IMG/VR virus record: IMGVR_UViG_3300025066_000108
Coordinates: 1 to 30,281 of that record
Direction: 5' to 3' (one strand)
From: a virus
Lineage: Duplodnaviria; Caudoviricetes
Length of the DNA: 30,281 bases
Of this stretch, positions 7,713-15,686 are shown piece after piece; the first letter of the stretch is position 1; every line of letters starts with the position of its first letter. The position numbers and the translations under genes are program-made. The notes beneath the pieces are model-generated. The model did not search any database, was not told where the DNA came from, and saw only the letters and a list, made by a program, of their open reading frames with translations.

Positions 7713-7867
7713 TTTGTTCCTTTCGTTTCGTTTTTGCGAATACGTTGTATTGATACAAGTATTTCCCTTGCACCTATTTCTGCTTTCTCGTAATCCCGCA
7801 TGGAAATTGCAATGCTCATTGCAATTATCGCATTTGAAATAATCTTATGCTCAAATTGTGATTCCAT
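7709..7867 (-). CDS. Small hypothetical protein (52 aa)
   Basis: Translated by hand: MESQFEHKIISNAIIAMSIAISMRDYEKAEIGAREILVSIQRIRKNETKGTK; starts immediately after the initiator stop; AAAGGAA upstream. Confidence 0.6.
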   Translation of the reverse strand: MESQFEHKIISNAIIAMSIAISMRDYEKAEIGAREILVSIQRIRKNETKGTK

Positions 7868-8722
7868 CTATGTTGTTCCTTTCGTTTCTGGCATTGAATC
7901 CCAACCAGATGTTGGCTTTGGTTTTGCTCTGGATTCCCAAACGCTAACATCTACCAAGTGCCTATCTTCATCAAGCCATTTGTCAGGGTCTTTGTGATGT
8001 CCACCTTTACCTTCGGTTGAAGCATAATAAGCAGCCATTCGTTCTGCAAGTAAATGTGCAGCCTGTTCACGTTCTGCTTCGTTGGTAGCATTGCTTCTGT
8101 TTACCGCAGCAACGATTGATGCACAAAGCAGGACAGGTGACTTCATTCGATTCTTCGGTAGTGCCTTGGCAACAATTTTGAATACTTCAACTCTTGTATA
8201 TCCTCTTGCAAACGTGCGCACCAAATCATTATGAGGGTCATCGCTGTCTGGAAAAAAAGCGGTTTTGTTCTGTACTATTATTTCTTGTTCTGTTGTGTTA
8301 TGTTCTGTACTGTTATGTAATGTAGTACCTACTGCGTTGATAGCGTGGTCACACTGCGGTATCACTGCGGTATCACTGCACTGTGAAACCCATTTAAGAG
8401 ATACAAGAAGCGGGATTGCATACTCAATCGCTTCGGTTTTACAGCAAGCGTACAGGGCAAGGTCATCGAATGAATACGGTTCGCCATCTTCATCTGCAAG
8501 CCTACCGCGAATGGGTGCTTTACTTGCAATCTGCACAAGAAGAATCCAAACAGCGAAGATTTCCAACCCTCTATCGTCCCGCATTATCTTTTTGAATCCA
8601 AGCCCTTCATGCTTGTTGGGCATCGCGACCCATGAATGCTTGGCAACTGGTTTGCTTCTAGTCTGAGCCTTCTCAAAATGCTGATTCCAATTAGTAATTT
8701 CGTACACTTTATTTGTTGTCAT
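7868..8722 (-). CDS. Putative replication initiator (replisome organiser-like)
   Basis: N-terminal winged-helix-like region (FAVWILLVQIA...RGRL...GEPYSFDDLA...AIPLLVSLKW), low-complexity linker with DNA repeats, C-terminal KDPDKWLDEDR motif; located after SSB and recombinase genes. Confidence 0.65.
   Translation of the reverse strand: MTTNKVYEITNWNQHFEKAQTRSKPVAKHSWVAMPNKHEGLGFKKIMRDDRGLEIFAVWILLVQIASKAPIRGRLADEDGEPYSFDDLALYACCKTEAIEYAIPLLVSLKWVSQCSDTAVIPQCDHAINAVGTTLHNSTEHNTTEQEIIVQNKTAFFPDSDDPHNDLVRTFARGYTRVEVFKIVAKALPKNRMKSPVLLCASIVAAVNRSNATNEAEREQAAHLLAERMAAYYASTEGKGGHHKDPDKWLDEDRHLVDVSVWESRAKPKPTSGWDSMPETKGTT
8286..8379. repeat. Putative replication origin repeats inside the initiator gene
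   Basis: CACTGCGGTAT x2.5 (8352-8379) next to eight TGTNN pentamers (8286-8325). Confidence 0.55.
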
Positions 8723-8766
8723 TTGAGATTCCTTTCATTTGACACTGCTTTGGTTTTTCTTTTCCT

Positions 8767-8802
8767 AAAATCCGCAGGCAGGGCTTTCGCCCCACCCACG
8801 GA
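8767..8802 (-). terminator. GC-rich hairpin with GAAA loop and short U tract after the SSB-like gene
   Basis: TCCGTGGGTGGGGC-GAAA-GCCCTGCCTGCGGA-TTTT (several G-U pairs). Confidence 0.6.
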
Positions 8803-8820
8803 GAAAGGAATAACTGACTA

Positions 8821-9282
8821 TCAAAAAGGCACATCATCGGGCAAAGGTTTAACATCCTTGTCATCGGTGGGTACAACAGGCGGGTCATTGTCTGTTGATT
8901 TATTACCAATGCCTGAAACATACTTTACGATAGAGTTACGTTCTGAATAGGTCTTGCCTTCAACGGTACGTTCTGGTTCAATCTTTGTCAACACGCGCAT
9001 CCGCCTGCCAATCAATAACTGTTCATCCAAGATACCGTCAAACTCTAATTCACAACAACGGCAAATGGATTTTAATTTGTATATGGTGCTAGGACTCACA
9101 ATGTAATCATACACCCGAACCTTTTCACCATCGTTGCCGTACAAACACAGCACCAATTTAATCATGTCGTTGCCTGCTTTGGAAACGGTTTCTTCGGCAT
9201 CAACAATCTCACATTCATATTCGCCATTTTCTAAAACTGCATATTCTGATTTTACTTCTTTGGGGTTATATTCAAAACTCAT
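8821..9282 (-). CDS. DUF669-like single-stranded DNA-binding protein
   Basis: LENGEYECEIVDAEETVSKAGNDMIKL motif; acidic tail ending DDVPF; directly follows the Sak4-like gene. Confidence 0.85.
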   Translation of the reverse strand: MSFEYNPKEVKSEYAVLENGEYECEIVDAEETVSKAGNDMIKLVLCLYGNDGEKVRVYDYIVSPSTIYKLKSICRCCELEFDGILDEQLLIGRRMRVLTKIEPERTVEGKTYSERNSIVKYVSGIGNKSTDNDPPVVPTDDKDVKPLPDDVPF

Positions 9283-10139
9283 TTCGTTGCTCCTACTGTT
9301 TTAAGTCCAAGTGATTTAATAAAGTGGTCAATCATCTTCTGTGCTTGCTCTGTGGTCAAGTCAGCAAGTTGTGTAACCTTTGCCTTCCGCATACATTTGT
9401 CCACGAAGTCCTTGCCTTCTGCAAGTTTGGTAGACAGCACTGCAATTTCTGAAAGTTGTTCATCAGTTGCAGTTGTAATTGTATCCACTTGGCGTTCCAG
9501 TTCGTTCTTGGAATAACGCTCTGTCAATGAATCATAATTCCATTCAAATGTTTCACCATCAGGGAATGATTCAATTCTTGTTTTAACAACCTTGGCATAA
9601 CGCTTGGTTGGTGTTTGCTTTCGCAGTTCCAACACAAGGTCAAAGATGTAATCAAGTCGTTTCCAACCATCGAATGTAATGCCGTCCTTCTTCATGTCCT
9701 CACCATACACAACTTTTGCATGACAAGTAACAACCACATTCATATCCAAACGCATGATTAAGTTAATCAACCGTTTCATTATCTTGTTGGCTTCGCCATA
9801 ATGCTTGCCCCATTCATTACCGTGTTCTGCTTCCATCTTTTCAACCAAGTCAAAATACAATGGTGTGAATGAATCAATGAACAAGGTTGTGAAACCATGT
9901 TTCTCAGTAGACAGTTTGCGTACTTCTTCAATTACTTCATCAATGTCAGTGGTGTGCAAAACTGCACCACCCACTTTGTTGATTGCTTTGTAATAGTTTT
10001 CAGTACCACGTTCGGTGTCGATGATGTACGGCTTGGGCAGTTGTAAACCTGCCGTTGTTTTACCAACACCTGCGTCACCGTACATAAATAACTTCAACCG
10101 TTTTGTTTTATTGGTTGGTTTCTTCGCACGTAGTGCCAT
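9279..10139 (-). CDS. AAA_24 / Sak4-like recombination ATPase
   Basis: Walker A GDAGVGKT, IDTERG, Walker B TLFIDS, VVVTCH; AGGAG RBS before ATG 10139. Confidence 0.88.
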   Translation of the reverse strand: MALRAKKPTNKTKRLKLFMYGDAGVGKTTAGLQLPKPYIIDTERGTENYYKAINKVGGAVLHTTDIDEVIEEVRKLSTEKHGFTTLFIDSFTPLYFDLVEKMEAEHGNEWGKHYGEANKIMKRLINLIMRLDMNVVVTCHAKVVYGEDMKKDGITFDGWKRLDYIFDLVLELRKQTPTKRYAKVVKTRIESFPDGETFEWNYDSLTERYSKNELERQVDTITTATDEQLSEIAVLSTKLAEGKDFVDKCMRKAKVTQLADLTTEQAQKMIDHFIKSLGLKTVGATK

Positions 10140-10282
10140 GTTATGCACTCCTTTCCTTTGCAATAGTTTTGGTTGGCGTTACGTTGCCATGACTTAAAAT
10201 CCAAAACTACAATGAGTCCTTTCGTTGCATGGGTGTTATACCATAACCCAAAAGCCACCATGAATAAAACTAGGATTCTTAT

Positions 10283-10609
10283 TCATGTCAATAATCCTTC
10301 ATTGACTTCTTCACAAAGAATCTCGGATTGAATATCGGAAATCAGTTCTGCCTCATCAATCATTTGCCGAACCTCTACGCCCTTTGAAATCATGCTGCCA
10401 ACATGAAGGGATGCACTGGCTACGCTGCGTGGTGTTCCAGTGAACGACCACTTTCGCAGCGTAACGCCACCCCATGTAACATCACCCATCCTTAACCGCT
10501 TGGCTTCTCTGCTAAACAATGCCATTGCAGGTCGTTGCTGAATGTACACCTTTGGCTGCTCAGTACTCATGTCATATTCTACTGTATAAATTGCTGTCAT
10601 CATTTTCAT
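10283..10609 (-). CDS. Hypothetical protein
   Basis: 108-aa ORF with AAAAGGAAA RBS in repeat copy D. Confidence 0.75.
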   Translation of the reverse strand: MKMMTAIYTVEYDMSTEQPKVYIQQRPAMALFSREAKRLRMGDVTWGGVTLRKWSFTGTPRSVASASLHVGSMISKGVEVRQMIDEAELISDIQSEILCEEVNEGLLT

Positions 10610-10638
10610 TTTCCTTTTCTGCCTTGCGGCGGTTGGGT
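10610..10638 (-). repeat. Intergenic repeat element, minimal copy D
   Basis: ACCCAACC-GCC-GCAA-GGC-AGAAAAGGAAA-ATG. Confidence 0.75.
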
Positions 10639-10935
10639 TTATTTGATTTTGGGGTATTCGACAACTTCGTAATTATCTGATGGCTCTCCGTAAGTAGCCA
10701 TGTAATCCCATTCTTCATTTGAGATTTCTACAACATTGTTTTTCAATTCTTCCAAAATATCTTTTATCCCACCACCTGTACTCATCACCATGTGGTCAAA
10801 GACAAACGGTTTTGATAAATACACATGATGCCATCGGCAACTTTGTATTTCCTCAAACATATTAACATCGTAATTTTCTTCATCGAGAATCTGCGGGTTT
10901 GCTTTTATGAACGCTAGTACTTTTTTTGATTTCAT
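10639..10935 (-). CDS. Hypothetical acidic protein
   Basis: 98-aa ORF; RBS in repeat copy E. Confidence 0.8.
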   Translation of the reverse strand: MKSKKVLAFIKANPQILDEENYDVNMFEEIQSCRWHHVYLSKPFVFDHMVMSTGGGIKDILEELKNNVVEISNEEWDYMATYGEPSDNYEVVEYPKIK

Positions 10936-10983
10936 CTTTATTTTCCTTTCAAGAAAATCGTTTTGCCCTTTGGCGTTTCTAAT
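10936..10983 (-). repeat. Intergenic repeat element, copy E
   Basis: AAAC-GCC-AAAG-GGC-AAAACGATTTTCTTGAAAGGAAAATAAAG-ATG; TTCTTGAAAGGAAAATAAAGATG is identical to copy B. Confidence 0.8.
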
Positions 10984-11340
10984 TTAGTTCCATACTTTCC
11001 AAACTGTTTTCAATACTTCTTCTGTTCGTGTTCCGTCTTTGTGTGTTATCACAAAAGTTCTTTTGTATGCAACTCGGTTTCCGTCTTTGTGCCAAGTGTA
11101 CATGTCAGTTCCTTCTTTGCTTGAATCAAAAACTAGACGGTCATGGATTTGTTCTTTTCGACCATCTGCTTTGTAAGCAACTTCTTTGCCTTGCAATAAT
11201 GCTTTGCGAACCATCGCATCAACTTCTTTACCTTCGCCTAAAATGATTTCACTTCTGGCGATTCGGATTCCCGCTTCGTGTTCAATTATGATTGCTGTCT
11301 TTGCTAGTTCTGCAATTCGTTGTTGTGTTTTGTGTGTCAT
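10984..11340 (-). CDS. Hypothetical early protein (MTHKTQQ...)
   Basis: 118-aa ORF, AAGGAATCACC-ATG start. Confidence 0.8.
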   Translation of the reverse strand: MTHKTQQRIAELAKTAIIIEHEAGIRIARSEIILGEGKEVDAMVRKALLQGKEVAYKADGRKEQIHDRLVFDSSKEGTDMYTWHKDGNRVAYKRTFVITHKDGTRTEEVLKTVWKVWN

Positions 11341-11384
11341 GGTGATTCCTTAGTATTCTTTGGTGCAACCATTGCACCTGTGTA

Positions 11385-11612
11385 TTATTCTATGCCTAAT
11401 TCATCAAGCCAAAAATCAATGTTTACCTTGGCTTGTGATAGTGTTGCCGAGTGTTCTCTTAGCAGTAGTACGGCATCATCATTAGACCATATAGATATCT
11501 GCCATGTTGCAGTTTTACCATAACAATCTACCGCTTCTTGGTGGCTATGTTCTATGGTGTAGCCGCGATACGTGTAGTTGCCTCGGTGGTTCTTAGTTGC
11601 TTTGTGTGTCAT
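11385..11612 (-). CDS. Hypothetical early protein (MTHKATK...)
   Basis: Same 23-bp start context as the gene at 11340; first gene after the promoter. Confidence 0.75.
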   Translation of the reverse strand: MTHKATKNHRGNYTYRGYTIEHSHQEAVDCYGKTATWQISIWSNDDAVLLLREHSATLSQAKVNIDFWLDELGIE

Positions 11613-11652
11613 GGTGATTCCTTTGGTTGGTTGTTCGTTTGTCATGCTCTTT

Positions 11653-11680
11653 ATTATATCGACCGATTCACGCACCGCAA
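11653..11680 (-). promoter_or_regulatory. Putative sigma70 early promoter
   Basis: TTGCGG (11680-11675), 16-nt spacer, TATAAT (11658-11653); AT-rich upstream sequence; heads the first early cluster. Confidence 0.6.
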
Positions 11681-11777
11681 CCACCATTATTGAAGATTAT
11701 TAACCTCAATTTGCAATATCATGCTAAAAACCCCATTGGCAGTACCAATATGGCTGTTTTTGACTATGAAGTTTTTT

Positions 11778-12104
11778 TTATTTTCTTCTCTTTGCCCTGC
11801 AAAATAACGGCAATGCAAAGACTGCAAGCGTACTTGGAGCAGGGAATACACCAACAGCATTACCACCACCAATGTCCAAACCTTCTAGCAAGCCAAGCCA
11901 CTCACCAACAAACTCCAATGCTTCCTTGCCAATCAATGTGCCTGCAACGGTTGCAATTATCGTGAGAGTAATAACTTTTTTGTTTAACTCTTTGAGTCGC
12001 TTTTCTTTGCGTTTGTTTTGTTCCCTGCACTTTTGCAGTTCACTGCTCTTCTCTTGTTGGAGAAGTTTTCTGTAAGGGCAATCAGGTACGCATTCAGGTA
12101 TCAT
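11778..12104 (-). CDS. Membrane protein: coiled coil, TM helix and C-terminal PEP-CTERM-like signal
   Basis: Basic coiled coil, TM VITLTIIATVAGTLIG, C-terminus VFPAPSTLAVFALPLFCRAKRRK; GAGGT RBS. Confidence 0.75.
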   Translation of the reverse strand: MIPECVPDCPYRKLLQQEKSSELQKCREQNKRKEKRLKELNKKVITLTIIATVAGTLIGKEALEFVGEWLGLLEGLDIGGGNAVGVFPAPSTLAVFALPLFCRAKRRK

Positions 12105-12122
12105 TTTTTTCTACCTCTTTCA

Positions 12123-12893
12123 CTAATCCAACGCAACCAATTGTGCTGACCAAGAATCTTTGCCAAGCCTATCTGCTCTGCCAATCTTACATTCACCAAA
12201 CAGCACAGCCCTGCCCCATTGTTGTATATCAAATCTGTTGGTGTAACTTGGACGTTCTTCAAATGCCATGTAGCCAACATTGCAATAGTGCCAAGGTAGT
12301 TTGACCCTTGCACTACGCTTGCACTGTGTTGGCGGAACAGGGCGGTGTGTATGCCCTCTAACAATCAACCTGTGTGCATGTCCACCACACGCCATTGCAA
12401 GTTGTACCGCTTCTAAATCATCTGAGGTTGCCGAAGCAGAATAGCCATGATGGAAAATTACTGCACCTAGTTGGTAACAACTTCCAAACCGATACGGAAC
12501 GTGCTGCCAACGGTTGTATTCATCTGCAACGCCTTCAATCTTTCTTGGATTGCAAAGTTCACGCAGGTCATATTTAATTCTTCTGCTGTCTGGTTGCTGC
12601 ACGTTGTCATCATGGTTACCATCCAACAAGACCAACTTGCAATCTGGTGGCAACGCTTCCCGAATCCTTCGTAACATATCTGCTGCAACTTTGTATTCTT
12701 CTATCAACGTATGACCAACAGGCTCGTTGCCGTTATGAACGCTCGCAGCCTCTGCATCTACCACATCCCCGCAGTGAATGAAGTGCGTAAGTTTTCTGCC
12801 TTTTAATTCTTCAATCAGTTTTTCAATTGCACGTTCCGATTGGTACGGACAATGCGTACAACTGATAGCAGCGAATTGTGCGTATTTGCTCAT
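12123..12893 (-). CDS. Calcineurin-like metallophosphoesterase
   Basis: Motifs SCTH (in place of DxH), GDVVD, GNHD, HHG, GHTH. Confidence 0.88.
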   Translation of the reverse strand: MSKYAQFAAISCTHCPYQSERAIEKLIEELKGRKLTHFIHCGDVVDAEAASVHNGNEPVGHTLIEEYKVAADMLRRIREALPPDCKLVLLDGNHDDNVQQPDSRRIKYDLRELCNPRKIEGVADEYNRWQHVPYRFGSCYQLGAVIFHHGYSASATSDDLEAVQLAMACGGHAHRLIVRGHTHRPVPPTQCKRSARVKLPWHYCNVGYMAFEERPSYTNRFDIQQWGRAVLFGECKIGRADRLGKDSWSAQLVALD

Positions 12894-14332
12894 GTTATAG
12901 TTAGCGTTCGTCCAACATCCACAACAAACCTACCACCACCGCGAAAAGTCAATTCAGCGTTGGGATTCCAAGCACCAACATTTGTTCGTGGGTCAAATGT
13001 ACCGTTCTTCCATAAAATAATATCTTCGGTTTCAATACTAGCATTTTCATTATCCTTAAAAGATAACTTTCCATTTAGCAAGTTGATGGTTGAATCTATG
13101 TTTTTTGATAAAAAGGAAACATAAGAATTGTCTGTAATATAACTGTCCAAAGTTTGTGCCAAATTGCCACCTGTTGCATACATCTTAGAACCTTCACCAA
13201 GCACAAAATCTTTACTGCCGTTTGTAACAAACAGTTTGGTTTTCAACGCTTTTATTTTGGTTGGATTTCCAGAAGTTTCAATGCTCTTGGAATGCTTGTT
13301 ACCTGTTGCAGATAAAACAAAGTCACCATCAAGTTCCAACTTTCCTGTTGTTTTGATAACTGTTGTTTCCATGTTCCCTGTCAAAAGCGTATACAACCTA
13401 CCACCATCAGAAGGGCAGTTGGCAATGTTTATTTTCCACGCATTTGCACTGCTAAATCCTAAATCAAACTTGCCACGCTTTTGATTGATGACCACCTTAT
13501 TGGTTTGAGGATAACCCGCAACGGCAGATGATAAAACATTTATTGCACTTCCATCTGTTGCTTCTATTGTACCTGTGTATTCTTCGCTAATAAACAAAGA
13601 GTTGCAAGCAATATAACCGCTTGTAACATTAACTGCACCATCATTGAAAATAACATGGTCATAGTAATCTGGTGCAACGTCACCAACATAATTACTTGCG
13701 GTTTGAGCGTTACCGTCACCCGCGCTGCCGTCCCAAACAATTCTATCTGCTGTTATACATTCCAATCTTGGACGGTCACTCGGAAAGGTCGCTTCCAGTG
13801 AGTGATATTGACCGCTTGCCCTTGACGTTGCGGTGTCGCTTAATGGAATACCTACCCATAAATAAAGTGTTCCGCTCCTGCGGTTGATAGCATCAACAAC
13901 TAACTTTGTTATATCAACCGAGACATCATCGTCCGTCCTAAAACCAACATCAAAAGTTGCGTAAGGTTCGGTTGTTGCACTGTCACTTGCACCACCATCG
14001 GCTGCCGTCCAATCTGTTCCAGTTGCAGAAACAAGCCAAGTTGCTTGATTTTCAACAAAATCCCGTGTTAATCGGTATACATAACACTGCCTGACACCCG
14101 CACCTTTTGCATTGCTTTTAAAATTAAGTTTGAAGTTCACCTGCGTTAATAAACTTGGTGTTAAAGCGGAAACGTCAAAAGCAAAGATGCCATTAGCCCT
14201 TTCGCCTTCTGTGCTAAATCCAATTGTTTGCTGTCCTAATGCTATTAAGTTATCACCTGAATTATTTGTGCTTGTATTATCGCCGTCAAGCCAAGTGTCT
14301 TTTGAAGCATAAATTGTTGAAGTTGTAGACAT
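12890..14332 (-). CDS. Putative receptor-binding/tail appendage protein: DNRLRE(CBM96)-like domain plus beta-helix-like domain
   Basis: ASKDTWLDG..STNN...FDVS...YVYRLTRDFVENQATW....GTDW...VDITKLV...YHSLEA...RPRL, then IVWDGSAGDGN...SNY..DVAP...DHVIF. Confidence 0.65.
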   Translation of the reverse strand: MSTTSTIYASKDTWLDGDNTSTNNSGDNLIALGQQTIGFSTEGERANGIFAFDVSALTPSLLTQVNFKLNFKSNAKGAGVRQCYVYRLTRDFVENQATWLVSATGTDWTAADGGASDSATTEPYATFDVGFRTDDDVSVDITKLVVDAINRRSGTLYLWVGIPLSDTATSRASGQYHSLEATFPSDRPRLECITADRIVWDGSAGDGNAQTASNYVGDVAPDYYDHVIFNDGAVNVTSGYIACNSLFISEEYTGTIEATDGSAINVLSSAVAGYPQTNKVVINQKRGKFDLGFSSANAWKINIANCPSDGGRLYTLLTGNMETTVIKTTGKLELDGDFVLSATGNKHSKSIETSGNPTKIKALKTKLFVTNGSKDFVLGEGSKMYATGGNLAQTLDSYITDNSYVSFLSKNIDSTINLLNGKLSFKDNENASIETEDIILWKNGTFDPRTNVGAWNPNAELTFRGGGRFVVDVGRTLTIT

Positions 14333-15243
14333 TATGTTACCGTTATACTTCTGCCTAAGTCTGGCATGAATACACCGCCATTACTTAAAATTGGATTGGT
14401 GTAAACTGCATTTTCTAAACCATTGCGTTCATCAATCATTGAACCAGAATAGATTGTTGCGTTGGTTATTGTGTGTGTTGGTGCATTGCAACCACGCATA
14501 TCAAAGTATCCGCCATAAATTACCAACGCTGTAAGTGTCGCATCATCTGTTGGTTTGTATTTACAAGTTCCCTTGTACATCGTAATTGCATTTGTAGTTT
14601 GTGTGCTTGTGAGAATTGCAACAGTACCGCCGTACTGCGTGATGGTATCACACCCCATGTAAGTCAAGAACGTGCCTTTGTCAATTGTTAAGTCCGCAGC
14701 ACTCACTGTTGCATTACTTTCAATCTCTACCTTGACACTACTCGCACCAATCATGTTAATGTTTCCGCTAACTGTTGAGTTTTCATCCACAAAAACAGTC
14801 CCGCTTCCACCTGTAACGTGCAAGTTGGTTATTGTTGATGCTTGAAACTTTAATGCGGGTGAATCAATTGAAGTTGCTTGGACGTTGACTGTTGTAAAAG
14901 TACCTTCCAAACCAACCGAACCAAGTTTGTTTGCATAGTCAAGTGACGTTGCATTTATTTCTGCAACTGCAAGTGTATCGGTTGTTGTGACACCGCTTGT
15001 TGGGTTTACCACTTCTACAAATGAACCTGTCCACTTAACACCGAAGTTCAAACTTGTTAAGGTCACTCCACTGCTATCAACGGTATCCGCTTGGACATCT
15101 TGGCTGCCACTTGTAAAATAAACGTCATCGTCTGCAACAGGTACAACACCCGCATCTGCACCATCTTCATCCAACCAATTGTGACCTTCATCCCAATTGC
15201 CAATCTGCCCTGCAAATGTTCCTAGCCATACTCTTACTGCCAT
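14332..15243 (-). CDS. Putative tail appendage beta-helix-like protein, paralog of the C-terminal part of 12890..14332
   Basis: VRVWLG...GNWDEGHNW.....VPVADDDVYF N-terminus; T/S/G/V-rich; C-terminus GGVFMPDLGRSITVT. Confidence 0.65.
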   Translation of the reverse strand: MAVRVWLGTFAGQIGNWDEGHNWLDEDGADAGVVPVADDDVYFTSGSQDVQADTVDSSGVTLTSLNFGVKWTGSFVEVVNPTSGVTTTDTLAVAEINATSLDYANKLGSVGLEGTFTTVNVQATSIDSPALKFQASTITNLHVTGGSGTVFVDENSTVSGNINMIGASSVKVEIESNATVSAADLTIDKGTFLTYMGCDTITQYGGTVAILTSTQTTNAITMYKGTCKYKPTDDATLTALVIYGGYFDMRGCNAPTHTITNATIYSGSMIDERNGLENAVYTNPILSNGGVFMPDLGRSITVT

Positions 15244-15248
15244 TTAAT

Positions 15249-15686
15249 TCACCATCGTTGTTGTGGGCAAGGGCTGCCCGATTTTAATTTCACCTTCGCT
15301 GCTGTAAAACAACCACAGTCATTACACACACCAAAGTCATAAGTACCACAAGCAAGACATATTGCTTTTCTCTTTTCTATTGTCGCATCATCTGCCGCAT
15401 CAATACCTAGTTCCGCTTTTAACAATCCTGCACTTCCCTTAATCAAGCCCATCAAACCACGCTTATTTTTTGATTGCTCACATGAAGTACAACCGCTTTT
15501 TTTCTTTACTTCTTTCACTTCTTGAATAACTTGCTCAACTTCACCCACATCTTCTGCCTTTGCAACTATTTTATGTTTAATGACAGGCATGGTTTCTTTG
15601 ATTTCACATTCTTCTCCAAGTTCAAGTGCAACCATCTTTTCTTCGCCGTTGTATGTCCATTTTATAAATTGCGTTTTCATATTCAA
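15249..15686 (-). CDS. Cys-rich metal-binding protein (DUF6171-like C-terminus)
   Basis: CTSC and RKAICLAC-x7-CNDCGC...K......CPQQRW. Confidence 0.7.
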   Translation of the reverse strand: MNMKTQFIKWTYNGEEKMVALELGEECEIKETMPVIKHKIVAKAEDVGEVEQVIQEVKEVKKKSGCTSCEQSKNKRGLMGLIKGSAGLLKAELGIDAADDATIEKRKAICLACGTYDFGVCNDCGCFTAAKVKLKSGSPCPQQRW

